Shown one piece after another: positions 1 to 7,325 of a stretch of 64,000 nucleotides of DNA. The stretch is from the NCBI GenBank assembly GCA_049975205.1, contig JBNGDL010000013.1, forward strand, positions 12,643 through 76,642, written 5' to 3'. The notes beneath the pieces are model-generated. The model searched no databases and was not told the DNA's origin. It worked only from the letters and a program-made list of their open reading frames with translations. Position numbers and translations under genes: made by a program. Within the stretch, counting starts at the first letter, position 1; every line of letters starts with the position of its first letter. Origin of the DNA: Anaerolineae bacterium (GTDB lineage: Bacteria; Chloroflexota; Anaerolineae; B4-G1; SLSP01).

Positions 1-577
1 CGGCGTGGTCCTGGTAGAGGTACTTGGAGGTAAAGGGCTCCTGCTGATAGAGAACTTCGTCTGGCTCGATCCCTTCTGGAATGTGGATGGCAACGGCGAT
101 ATAACTCTGGCCTCGGACCGATGCAGCATCGAACCAAGTAGGCGTGATGCGCAACGAGGCGTACTCCCGGTCGGTCGTGTCCTGATAGACCATCTCGGGC
201 ATCGTAGCCTCGAAATGAAGCGTGCCACGCTCCCCTGAAGGGATTGCATGCTCGTGGAAATGGATCTCAACGCCGATGTCGATGAACTCGGAGGTCCGGA
301 TGTCTGTGAGACGGACACCATCGATGGAGGCCATCATGTTGCCGATGTTGTAGTTCCGATGTGGGAGGCCAATGTCGACAATGTCAATCGGAGATCCATA
401 GTTCTCAAAGGTGATGTCGTAGACGAGCCGGGCCGCGGCGTCGGGCTGGATGAAGACCTGCATCTTGAGATCCGGGACGGCGAACGAGTAGGACTGCGCC
501 TGGGCAGGCGCCGTGCCCAAGCCCAGGATCAGAACCAAGAGTCCCGCCAGCAAGAGTGACGACCAACGCTTAGGCAT
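1..577 (-). CDS. DUF2207-like secreted/membrane protein, N-terminal part only (C-terminus lies beyond the left window edge)
   Basis: Absent from the ORF track because it runs off the edge. Manual reverse translation from ATG at 575-577 (GGAGGA about 9 nt upstream) gives MPKRWSSLLLAGLLVLILGLGTAPAQAQSYSFAVPDLKMQVFIQPDAAARLVYDITFENYGSPIDIVDIG... with no stop down to position 1. It has a signal peptide. It is a clear paralog of the N-domain of the 643..2391 product (shared YDITFENYGSPIDIVD and ITPTWF). Confidence 0.65.
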   Translation of the reverse strand, partial: MPKRWSSLLLAGLLVLILGLGTAPAQAQSYSFAVPDLKMQVFIQPDAAARLVYDITFENYGSPIDIVDIGLPHRNYNIGNMMASIDGVRLTDIRTSEFIDIGVEIHFHEHAIPSGERGTLHFEATMPEMVYQDTTDREYASLRITPTWFDAASVRGQSYIAVAIHIPEGIEPDEVLYQQEPFTSKYLYQDHA

Positions 578-642
578 ATCGATAGGTTCCTCCACGAGGG
601 CAGTCGGCGGAGCCAAACCGCCCCAGGAATAATGTCAGACGA

Positions 643-2391
643 CTACCTTCCCCCACCGGCACATGCACACGCACACGCGCAGCCTGCGCAGGCGCACGCA
701 CAACTACTGCCACCGCCGGACCTGCTGCCAGAGGACCCGCTGGACACGCTGGGTTTCGATAGGGTGGTGGGCAAGATGGCGGCTGCCATACCGCCCATCG
801 TGTTCTCCGCCCACCCGGCAAAGGAGGCGGACACATCGCCAAAGGTCGTCGTGCCGCCACCGGATTTGCCGCCGGAAGGCCTGCTGCCTCCCGCTCCGGC
901 GGCGGTTGGGCCCGATGTTCGCGCCCAGGAGGGCCAGTAGTGATAGCCGCCAACCGTCAGGACAGGACGGTAGTCCCGACGCATCATCACCCACGGCAGG
1001 TACCTGTCGAGGTAGGCCTCCCGCTGTTCGATGTCCCCGATTGAGGAGGCCTGCTCCACGGCGCGGTCGATGACGCGCCGATAATAGTCTTGCGTGTCTG
1101 AGAGGTCAAACCCCTTCATCTTCGCGGCGACACCGTCCACGAGCTCCTGCATAGGCTTCACGACCGCGAGCTTGCTGACGGGTGTGTCAGGATGCGCTTC
1201 GATGAGATCGAGGAAGGATTGCTCATACTCGTGGATGACGGTTCCAGCTTCCTGCGCCGCACGCCGCCGGGCCTGCCGACGGCTCTCCTTATCGTCGAGA
1301 CCGGGTTTGTCGAGCACGCGAAAAGCCTCAACCACCTCGACGGTGAGCGGGTCGGGATCGGTCTGACGAATGAGGCCCTTCTCCAGCATACCAAAGATGA
1401 CAAGGCCCAGAATCTTGGTCAGCGGTAGCTCCAACAAGACGGCCGACTCAGGGGCGGTAAGCCCCCGCTTGATCCCACCCCCCTCAACCTGAGCGATGGG
1501 TGGCAGGTAGTTGGGCTTGATGCCCCGCACGACGGCACGCACAATCGAGAAAAGGATGAAGAGCGGGATGACCACCGGCAGGCATCCCAGTACTACGGCT
1601 CCCACACCGGGTAGGACTCTTCCCAGCCAACGTCCTACCAAGTCCCAGAAGGTGACGTTGATGACGTTGGTCATACCCTCGCGGGGAAAGGAGACGCCGA
1701 CGCGATAGACCTGGGTTGGTGCGACATCTTCGTAGCGCCAGACAGCCACGACGCGCCCCTGATCGTCGACGAACTTGTCGGTGAAAGGCTCGTCCTGGTA
1801 GATGACCGTCTCCGGGTCTAGGTTGGGTAGCGTCCTGACACGAATCTCGATGTCCCCGGTACCGCGCACCGATTCGCTTTCGAACCAGGTGGGCGTGATC
1901 TGCATCGAGGCCAGCTCCTCGTCCGTCGTGTCAGCATAGACCATGTCCGGAGAGACGAATTCGAGGTGTAGCGTGCCCGACTCGCCCGTCTGAATCGCCT
2001 GGCCATCCAAGTGGATCTCCACGCCGACGTCGATGTAGGTGGAGGGTCGGATATCACGCACTGGGGCGCCGTCGAGGGTGGCTGACATCTGCGATGTGTC
2101 GTAGTCCGAGTTGGGCGTACCAACATCCACAATATCGATAGGACTTCCGTAGTTCTCAAACGTGATATCGTAGACAATCTCCGCGGAGCCATCGGGTCGA
2201 ATGGTCGCATCCATCACTATCTCGGGCACGGCGAAGCTATAGGTCTGCAGAGATGGACGAGGGACGGCATCCGCAGCCGCCGGATGTGCTGAGAGTGACG
2301 TTGGCAACACGCCTGCCACCACCAAAAGAGAAGCCAGAAGCAGTGCAAAGCCGATCTTCTTTCCTCTATACATAGCGCCCATCCTATTCAT
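643..2391 (-). CDS. DUF2207-like membrane protein with Gly/Ser-rich linker and alternating Cys-Ala C-terminal tail
   Basis: Track ORF 643..2505. I prefer the internal start MNRMGAMYRGKKIGFALLLASLL (ATG at 2391), which gives a signal peptide. The N-domain is beta-rich and DUF2207-like. There is a strong TM (LPGVGAVVLGCLPVVIPLFILFSIV), then about 250 soluble residues, ending in GGGSSCACACAGCACACACAGGGR. Confidence 0.7.
   Translation of the reverse strand: MNRMGAMYRGKKIGFALLLASLLVVAGVLPTSLSAHPAAADAVPRPSLQTYSFAVPEIVMDATIRPDGSAEIVYDITFENYGSPIDIVDVGTPNSDYDTSQMSATLDGAPVRDIRPSTYIDVGVEIHLDGQAIQTGESGTLHLEFVSPDMVYADTTDEELASMQITPTWFESESVRGTGDIEIRVRTLPNLDPETVIYQDEPFTDKFVDDQGRVVAVWRYEDVAPTQVYRVGVSFPREGMTNVINVTFWDLVGRWLGRVLPGVGAVVLGCLPVVIPLFILFSIVRAVVRGIKPNYLPPIAQVEGGGIKRGLTAPESAVLLELPLTKILGLVIFGMLEKGLIRQTDPDPLTVEVVEAFRVLDKPGLDDKESRRQARRRAAQEAGTVIHEYEQSFLDLIEAHPDTPVSKLAVVKPMQELVDGVAAKMKGFDLSDTQDYYRRVIDRAVEQASSIGDIEQREAYLDRYLPWVMMRRDYRPVLTVGGYHYWPSWARTSGPTAAGAGGSRPSGGKSGGGTTTFGDVSASFAGWAENTMGGMAAAILPTTLSKPSVSSGSSGSRSGGGSSCACACAGCACACACAGGGR
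661..702 (-). repeat. Alternating Cys/Ala codon micro-repeat (TGY-GCN)n encoding CACACAGCACACACA
   Basis: The plus strand reads acatgcacacgcacacgcgcagcctgcgcaggcgcacgcaca. In the CDS frame this is 7 Cys codons alternating with Ala codons, plus one Gly. Confidence 0.85.
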
Positions 2392-2455
2392 AGACTTCAA
2401 CAGCTCTCCAGGTCTCAGAATTTCTGAATGTGCAAGACGGCGTCGCACGTCGTCC

Positions 2456-3748
2456 CTAGGTACTCTGTGCCCAACCGTGGGGATCGCGTGGGCAGTCCGC
2501 CGCACAGATGGCGAGCCCAGGGCACACCTCGCATCGTGTGGGAGCCTCTACACGCTCCCGGTAGCGTCGAAACACCGGGGCATTCCAGATGGCATCCCAA
2601 GACTCATGAAGGAGGTTCCCGGCGCTGTGATAGGGCCCGCGCGGCGGGATGACCTCACCCGTCGGTTCCACGCGTACCGCTACGTCGCCGGAGCAACGCG
2701 GCCCATCCAGCACCTGTTCCCTGAGGGGACGTGTTGGATCACGCTGGACGGGGGGATCCCAGATAAAGCGGGCCTGGGCCATATTGGCAGTCTCCTCGAC
2801 GGTTGTGGCAACTTGAGCCATCCCATCGCTGGTAAAGATCCCATCTGCGGTCGCGACGTCAGGATCGATGGTGGCATAGGCAACAAAGGAGAGATTGTCC
2901 GCGCCCTTTGCGATCAGGGTTTCGACGGTCTCCCCTAGTTGGTCCAGGGTTGTCTGAGTGAGAGGTACTTCCGCAACGGCGCTGATCTGATACCTTTCTA
3001 GCCAATCCAACACACTGCACGCCGCCGCCAGGTCGCCCTCCCCACAGAGTGCGTCGTGAATCTCGGGGTCATTCGCCGCAAAGAGGAAGGTCACGTGGTC
3101 CACGCCGGCCTGCCTGAGGTCGGCAAGGAACCCTTCGTCCTGGATATCACTGGCTCGGGCGCGGACCCCGGCAATCATCCCTAGGTCCTCGGCGCGCTCC
3201 ACGGCCTGGATCAAGTGCTTGGGGTCAAACCGGGACGGAGCGAGGAAGGTGACGTGAGGTATCCCCACCTCCCAAAGCCGATCCAGAAGCGGTGAGATCA
3301 CCGTAGGTTCGGCAAGCGACAGCGATGCCTGCAAAGGCGCGATCAACTCAGCGCTGTAGGGTGAGACGGCGGCGTCTTCGAGGTTGAAGACAGGGTAGGT
3401 GTCCCCCGGTGCCTTGATCTGCTCGATCAGGCCCCTGACCTTGGCGATGTCCGTGCGCAGCCTGTCTGTGTCGGTTCCCGAGAAGTGCTGTTTGAGCGCC
3501 GCGATGATCTCCGCTTCCGTTTGGCCTCTCAAGAGGCCTTTCGCAATCACCACGCCTGACGCCGTCAAGCGTGCAGCCGCCATAGCGTTGGCGATCAGTA
3601 TGCCACTGCCATCGTTTTCTACCCGCAGGTGGAATCGCGCAAAACCGCTCTCCGTCTCCTGCATCATGTGGTAGAGACCGGGCTCTACGGGGGGCGTAGC
3701 ATCGACCCGCTCAAAGGTCAGCAAGCGTCTGAGCCATTCTTTCACCAT
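2456..3748 (-). CDS. Pseudo-radical-SAM/SPASM-domain protein with N-terminal PqqD-like (RRE-type) domain
   Basis: Paralog of the 5133..6632 product: shared PGLY..HLR[VI][EQ][ND]DGSG N-terminus, EVGIPH[VI] core and C-terminal CxxCx5CxxxC (CEVCPGLAICAADC). The CxxxCxxC site is replaced by ASLSLAEP, and GGEP by APSRFDP. GGAGGG RBS lies 6 nt upstream of the ATG. Confidence 0.75.
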   Translation of the reverse strand: MVKEWLRRLLTFERVDATPPVEPGLYHMMQETESGFARFHLRVENDGSGILIANAMAAARLTASGVVIAKGLLRGQTEAEIIAALKQHFSGTDTDRLRTDIAKVRGLIEQIKAPGDTYPVFNLEDAAVSPYSAELIAPLQASLSLAEPTVISPLLDRLWEVGIPHVTFLAPSRFDPKHLIQAVERAEDLGMIAGVRARASDIQDEGFLADLRQAGVDHVTFLFAANDPEIHDALCGEGDLAAACSVLDWLERYQISAVAEVPLTQTTLDQLGETVETLIAKGADNLSFVAYATIDPDVATADGIFTSDGMAQVATTVEETANMAQARFIWDPPVQRDPTRPLREQVLDGPRCSGDVAVRVEPTGEVIPPRGPYHSAGNLLHESWDAIWNAPVFRRYRERVEAPTRCEVCPGLAICAADCPRDPHGWAQST

Positions 3749-3766
3749 CGGTACCCTCCTGAGGGT

Positions 3767-4507
3767 TTAGTCGGCTTGGGCTTTGTTATACTTTCTCTCG
3801 AACAGGTCGGGTTCATACGCTGCTCGTCTTCCGGGACAGATGTCCCGCGGACATAGCTGACAACTCTCAAAACGCTCTTCGGTGGGGAACCGGATGCCTG
3901 AGACCGTCTTGTTAGGAATCATCAGGAAGCTGTCTGTCAACTCGACCCCGATCGCGGCCTTAGGATCACCTAGGACTCGAAACAGGGGACGCTGCTCCCG
4001 AATCGGCCAATCTGCCAGCGAGCCAGGGGCCATTGTGGCGGTCTTGCCCAGCTCATAACAGGCATGTAGGTGCTCGTCTAGGGCCCGGATCGCGGCCCCC
4101 AGCGCTAACTCCTTGATGGCGTCCGCCCAGTATTGGTGCACCATATCGTCCAAGCCCTCTCCCCACGCCTGCAGCTCGGTGCCGCAGGTGGCGATGTAGG
4201 CAAAGACTCGGTGGGCGATCTCTAGGTTGACCCGGAGAACCCGGCTCCTTAGCTCAACCCCATCGATGAGGACCGAATCCGCACGCTTCTCATCAATAAA
4301 GGCGAGTCGGTACATCGCCTTTGGCCTGGCAAGGCTGGTCGCTTCGTTGAGTAACGGCTTCAGTTCGGAGATCTGCCCGCTGTCAGGCTTCAGCCTCAGT
4401 CGCTTCGCAAGAACGCTGATCTGAGGCTGGAAGGCGATGTCATCGAGCACAAAAGCCTGTTCGGATGATGCAGTGTCCATAAAGGTGTCAACTCCCGGTC
4501 TAGACAA
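3767..4507 (-). CDS. Methionine synthase activation-domain-like protein (Met_synt_B12-like, stand-alone)
   Basis: The architecture matches my memory of stand-alone B12-dependent methionine synthase activation-region proteins: ATCGTE..., MAPGSLADWPIREQRPLF, IGVELTDSFLMIPNKTVSGI. The C-terminal segment is Cys-rich (CQLCPRDICPGRR). The start is uncertain: TTG at 4507 or ATG at 4480. Confidence 0.5.
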   Translation of the reverse strand: MSRPGVDTFMDTASSEQAFVLDDIAFQPQISVLAKRLRLKPDSGQISELKPLLNEATSLARPKAMYRLAFIDEKRADSVLIDGVELRSRVLRVNLEIAHRVFAYIATCGTELQAWGEGLDDMVHQYWADAIKELALGAAIRALDEHLHACYELGKTATMAPGSLADWPIREQRPLFRVLGDPKAAIGVELTDSFLMIPNKTVSGIRFPTEERFESCQLCPRDICPGRRAAYEPDLFERKYNKAQAD

Positions 4508-4510
4508 CGG

Positions 4511-5044
4511 TCACTGCTGCTTTCGAAGGAGTCCACGCAGCAGAACGATTACGCCAAGGCCGATAAACAAAATGGGCCAGCCGATAAAGCCAAGGCCCAA
4601 GCCGCTGATGTTCAGAATCAGCTCAAAGAAGAAGAGACCGACCAGAAACATGATGACGCCGATGTTGACCAGCGTCGCACCTGTCCTGACTGCGCTGTCC
4701 CGATTCGAGATCCAACCGTAGAGCATCTCAGCCAATCCCACGCCGGTCGGCGCGATCAGTGTCCACGCGTAGGCCCAACTTGCCCAGTGCTCTGTGAGGC
4801 TCTGATACAGGAGCAGGATGCCAACCATGGTGATCATGCCGGCCACCATCGCCAGCGGCTCTCCTAGGGCACCTTCAACGCTGGTGGCAAAGACGAAGAG
4901 GAGCACACCCGGAAAGACGATCAGGAGCGGCCAGATGACTCTGCCGATGCTAATGGGAAGAAATTGCCCCGCGAGGGCCAGGATGCCGAGCACGATCAGC
5001 GTGATACCGACCGCGCGGACGAATTTCGCGACGTTCTGTGTCAT
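4511..5044 (-). CDS. Polytopic integral membrane protein (about 5 TM), unknown function
   Basis: Hydrophobic throughout with regularly spaced TM segments. AAGGGGG RBS is present. Its stop lies 3 nt from the next gene's start. No family recognised. Confidence 0.55.
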   Translation of the reverse strand: MTQNVAKFVRAVGITLIVLGILALAGQFLPISIGRVIWPLLIVFPGVLLFVFATSVEGALGEPLAMVAGMITMVGILLLYQSLTEHWASWAYAWTLIAPTGVGLAEMLYGWISNRDSAVRTGATLVNIGVIMFLVGLFFFELILNISGLGLGFIGWPILFIGLGVIVLLRGLLRKQQ

Positions 5045-5132
5045 AGGTTGCCCCCTTGTACTACGTGACGCTCAGGAACGCTGTCCATACGGCGGCGAGT
5101 CGGCTGGCCTACGCAACGCCGATCCTCCGCCG

Positions 5133-6632
5133 TCATTCTTCTGAGATCCTTACGTAGTCTGCTGCAGCCACCGGGTTCGGCTTTGAGACACCCTGGCCTG
5201 AGGCCCGCAGGCGAGCGCGGGCGCACCCGTGCTCTGCAGGCCTCAGACCGGCCCGTGTCTCTCGCTCCAACCGGCATCCGCCGCCGCACATCTCTAGGTC
5301 GGGACAGTCCCAACAGGCAGGCGGGAGGCCTGCGGCCTCGGGCGCTTCCTCGCGATTGCGGAAGCTTCGGAAGAGATCGCTCTCCCAGATGGCTTCCCAG
5401 GGATCAGCCAGGATGTTGCCTCCCGCGCCGTAATAGGACTGGCAGGGCAGGACATCGCCGTTCGGTTCGATACAGATTGAGTACTCCGCCGCATTACAGC
5501 GCTTCGGTGCAAGACCGAGGGCCACCGGCGAGAGACGACAATAGTCCGTCACGGTATACCATAAGAAGCGCATATCCAGCGCCTCAGCCTCATCGCGGAC
5601 TGCCACAAGCAGTCCTGCCATCTCCTCAACAGGGATGGCGTCTGGGGTTGTCGCTCCCCCCCCGGCGTAGATGATGCCGTTCATCGCGAAGGTCCTCAGG
5701 CCCAAATCGTGGAGGTAGCGGACGATATTCAGGGCATGGTCCTGGTTCTGTCGCGTCAACGTCGTGTTAGTGATCGTGTGGATTCCGGACTCTAGGGCGT
5801 TCTTGATGCCTGCTATGGTTTCTTCAAAAGCGCCAGGCGACCCGACCATCTCGTCGTGAATCCCTGGATAACAGGATTCCAAGGTAATCTGCACGTGATT
5901 GAGGCCAGCGCTGGAGAGCGTCTCCACAAGGGTGCGGTCTGAAAGGCGCCGTCCATTCGTGTTCATACCAACGATCTGGCCCAAGTTGTCGGCGTAACGG
6001 ATGAGCTCTGGGAGTGCCGAATGAAGCGTCGGCTCTCCGCCGGTCAGGATGATGTGGGGCACGCCGATCTCCACCAGCTTGTCCAGCACGCGAAACCAAT
6101 CTGCTCGCGACAAGGATTTCATGGCGAACCTGTCGGGCTCGTTATAGCAGTGCGGGCAGGCGTTGTTGCACGCGTAAGTTAAAGCCACGTCAGCCTTGTA
6201 AGGGGCTTTAGCCCGCCTGCTAAAGACGGGCTGAAACTCCAACATGGGCGCAATCTGACACGTGGGGCAGCCGTCTCCAGGCTCGCGCAGCTGCTGGGTC
6301 ATCTCGTACATCGATGAAACAGCCTGAGACAACTCGGACTTGCTCACGCCGCGATAATGTCGTGCCATCTGTGTCTCGGCCTCAGACTGGGGAATGCCAT
6401 CCAGCGCCAGCTTGATCATTTGTGCAGCAGTCTCGTTCAGGTGGATGACGTCGGTGACGTCGATGAAGAGCACGCCACTGCCGTCCTCTTGTATCCGCAG
6501 ATGGATTCGTCGTTGCCCGCCATTGAGGCGGAGTGGATAGGTGTAGAGTCCTGGCGCAGGGGAACTGAGCCCAGGCTGCAGAGCTTCCCGGACGGTGTCA
6601 AGTAGCTGATTCCATTGGGTGCGCAAACTCAT
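5133..6632 (-). CDS. Radical SAM/SPASM-domain enzyme with fused N-terminal PqqD-like RRE domain
   Basis: CxxxCxxC at ALTYACNNACPHCYN (6147..6170). GGEPTL SAM motif. SPASM CxxCx5CxxxC (ACWDCPDLEMCGGGC). The N-terminal HLNETAAQMIKLALDGIPQSEAETQMARHY is PqqD-like. Confidence 0.85.
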   Translation of the reverse strand: MSLRTQWNQLLDTVREALQPGLSSPAPGLYTYPLRLNGGQRRIHLRIQEDGSGVLFIDVTDVIHLNETAAQMIKLALDGIPQSEAETQMARHYRGVSKSELSQAVSSMYEMTQQLREPGDGCPTCQIAPMLEFQPVFSRRAKAPYKADVALTYACNNACPHCYNEPDRFAMKSLSRADWFRVLDKLVEIGVPHIILTGGEPTLHSALPELIRYADNLGQIVGMNTNGRRLSDRTLVETLSSAGLNHVQITLESCYPGIHDEMVGSPGAFEETIAGIKNALESGIHTITNTTLTRQNQDHALNIVRYLHDLGLRTFAMNGIIYAGGGATTPDAIPVEEMAGLLVAVRDEAEALDMRFLWYTVTDYCRLSPVALGLAPKRCNAAEYSICIEPNGDVLPCQSYYGAGGNILADPWEAIWESDLFRSFRNREEAPEAAGLPPACWDCPDLEMCGGGCRLERETRAGLRPAEHGCARARLRASGQGVSKPNPVAAADYVRISEE

Positions 6633-6655
6633 AGCTATCTATACTCTACGTGTGA

Positions 6656-6688
6656 GCGCCTCCAAAGTCGCATAGGCCTTGGAGGCGC
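6656..6688 (-). terminator. GC-rich hairpin between the zinc-ribbon gene and the rSAM gene (possible terminator or processing/regulatory stem)
   Basis: GCGCCTCCAA-13 nt loop-TTGGAGGCGC, a perfect 10-bp stem. There is no clear U-tract. Confidence 0.35.
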
Positions 6689-6822
6689 GTGGATGGAGCC
6701 AGATGTGACGATCGCCCGATGGCGGTATGGGTCGGAATCTGACGACTAGAGGACGACGGCCTGCGCGCGACGCGACTCAGACGGTCAGAGCGATCGCTGT
6801 GGCTGTCGTCGAAGCCAGCCTC

Positions 6823-7164
6823 CTACCATTTCGGAGCTTCCTCTATCTGATAAGAAGCGCCACAGTAAGGACACTCGACAAAGATGGCGCCCGCCTTGAC
6901 CTCCAGGTTCTCCTTGCTCAGCGCGCCGCCACAGGAGCGGCACTTGAGCTGCTCCAGCTGAACGTCGCCCGATAGATCAATCTGCTGGATGTGGGTAATC
7001 TCCTCTTTCTTGGGGCGCACGCGGGTGAGGTAGATAAGCACACCCGCTGCGACAAAGAGGATAAGGCCGACCGCGATACGGATGAACTGGCCCTGGCTCC
7101 CAACGACAAACATGAAGCCGAAGAATGCCAGGACGGCTGCAATCAGGTAGGTCACGATCTCCAT
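6823..7164 (-). CDS. Small membrane protein with C-terminal zinc-ribbon (CxxC...CxxC)
   Basis: Two N-terminal TM helices, then CRSCGG...CPYCGA. AAGGAGA RBS. Confidence 0.55.
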   Translation of the reverse strand: MEIVTYLIAAVLAFFGFMFVVGSQGQFIRIAVGLILFVAAGVLIYLTRVRPKKEEITHIQQIDLSGDVQLEQLKCRSCGGALSKENLEVKAGAIFVECPYCGASYQIEEAPKW

Positions 7165-7325
7165 TGCGTTCTCCTTGCAATGCTGTCAGGGTTGCAGGCG
7201 ATAGTATAGTTCATCCAGCCACGAGGTCAATGTGAGAGTCGTTGATGACGACCAGGGGCGGAGCGCGATTAATGTTGCCGCGCTCGCGCCCCCGGATTTC
7301 CGAAGACCGACGGAAGAGGATAGCC

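Noticed and set aside
570-1073. Cluster of overlapping 96-136 aa ORFs on both strands around the Cys-Ala repeat
   Set aside because: All lie inside the 3' end of the 643..2391 CDS, in other frames. The translations are Pro/Arg-rich low complexity generated by the GC-rich repeat.
6671-6709. 12-codon ORF (MRLWRRSHVEYR) upstream of the rSAM gene as a possible RiPP precursor
   Set aside because: It lies within the hairpin, has no RBS, and has no Cys/Ser/Thr-rich core. It is too weak to call. A 15-codon ORF at 5045..5095 was rejected for the same reasons.
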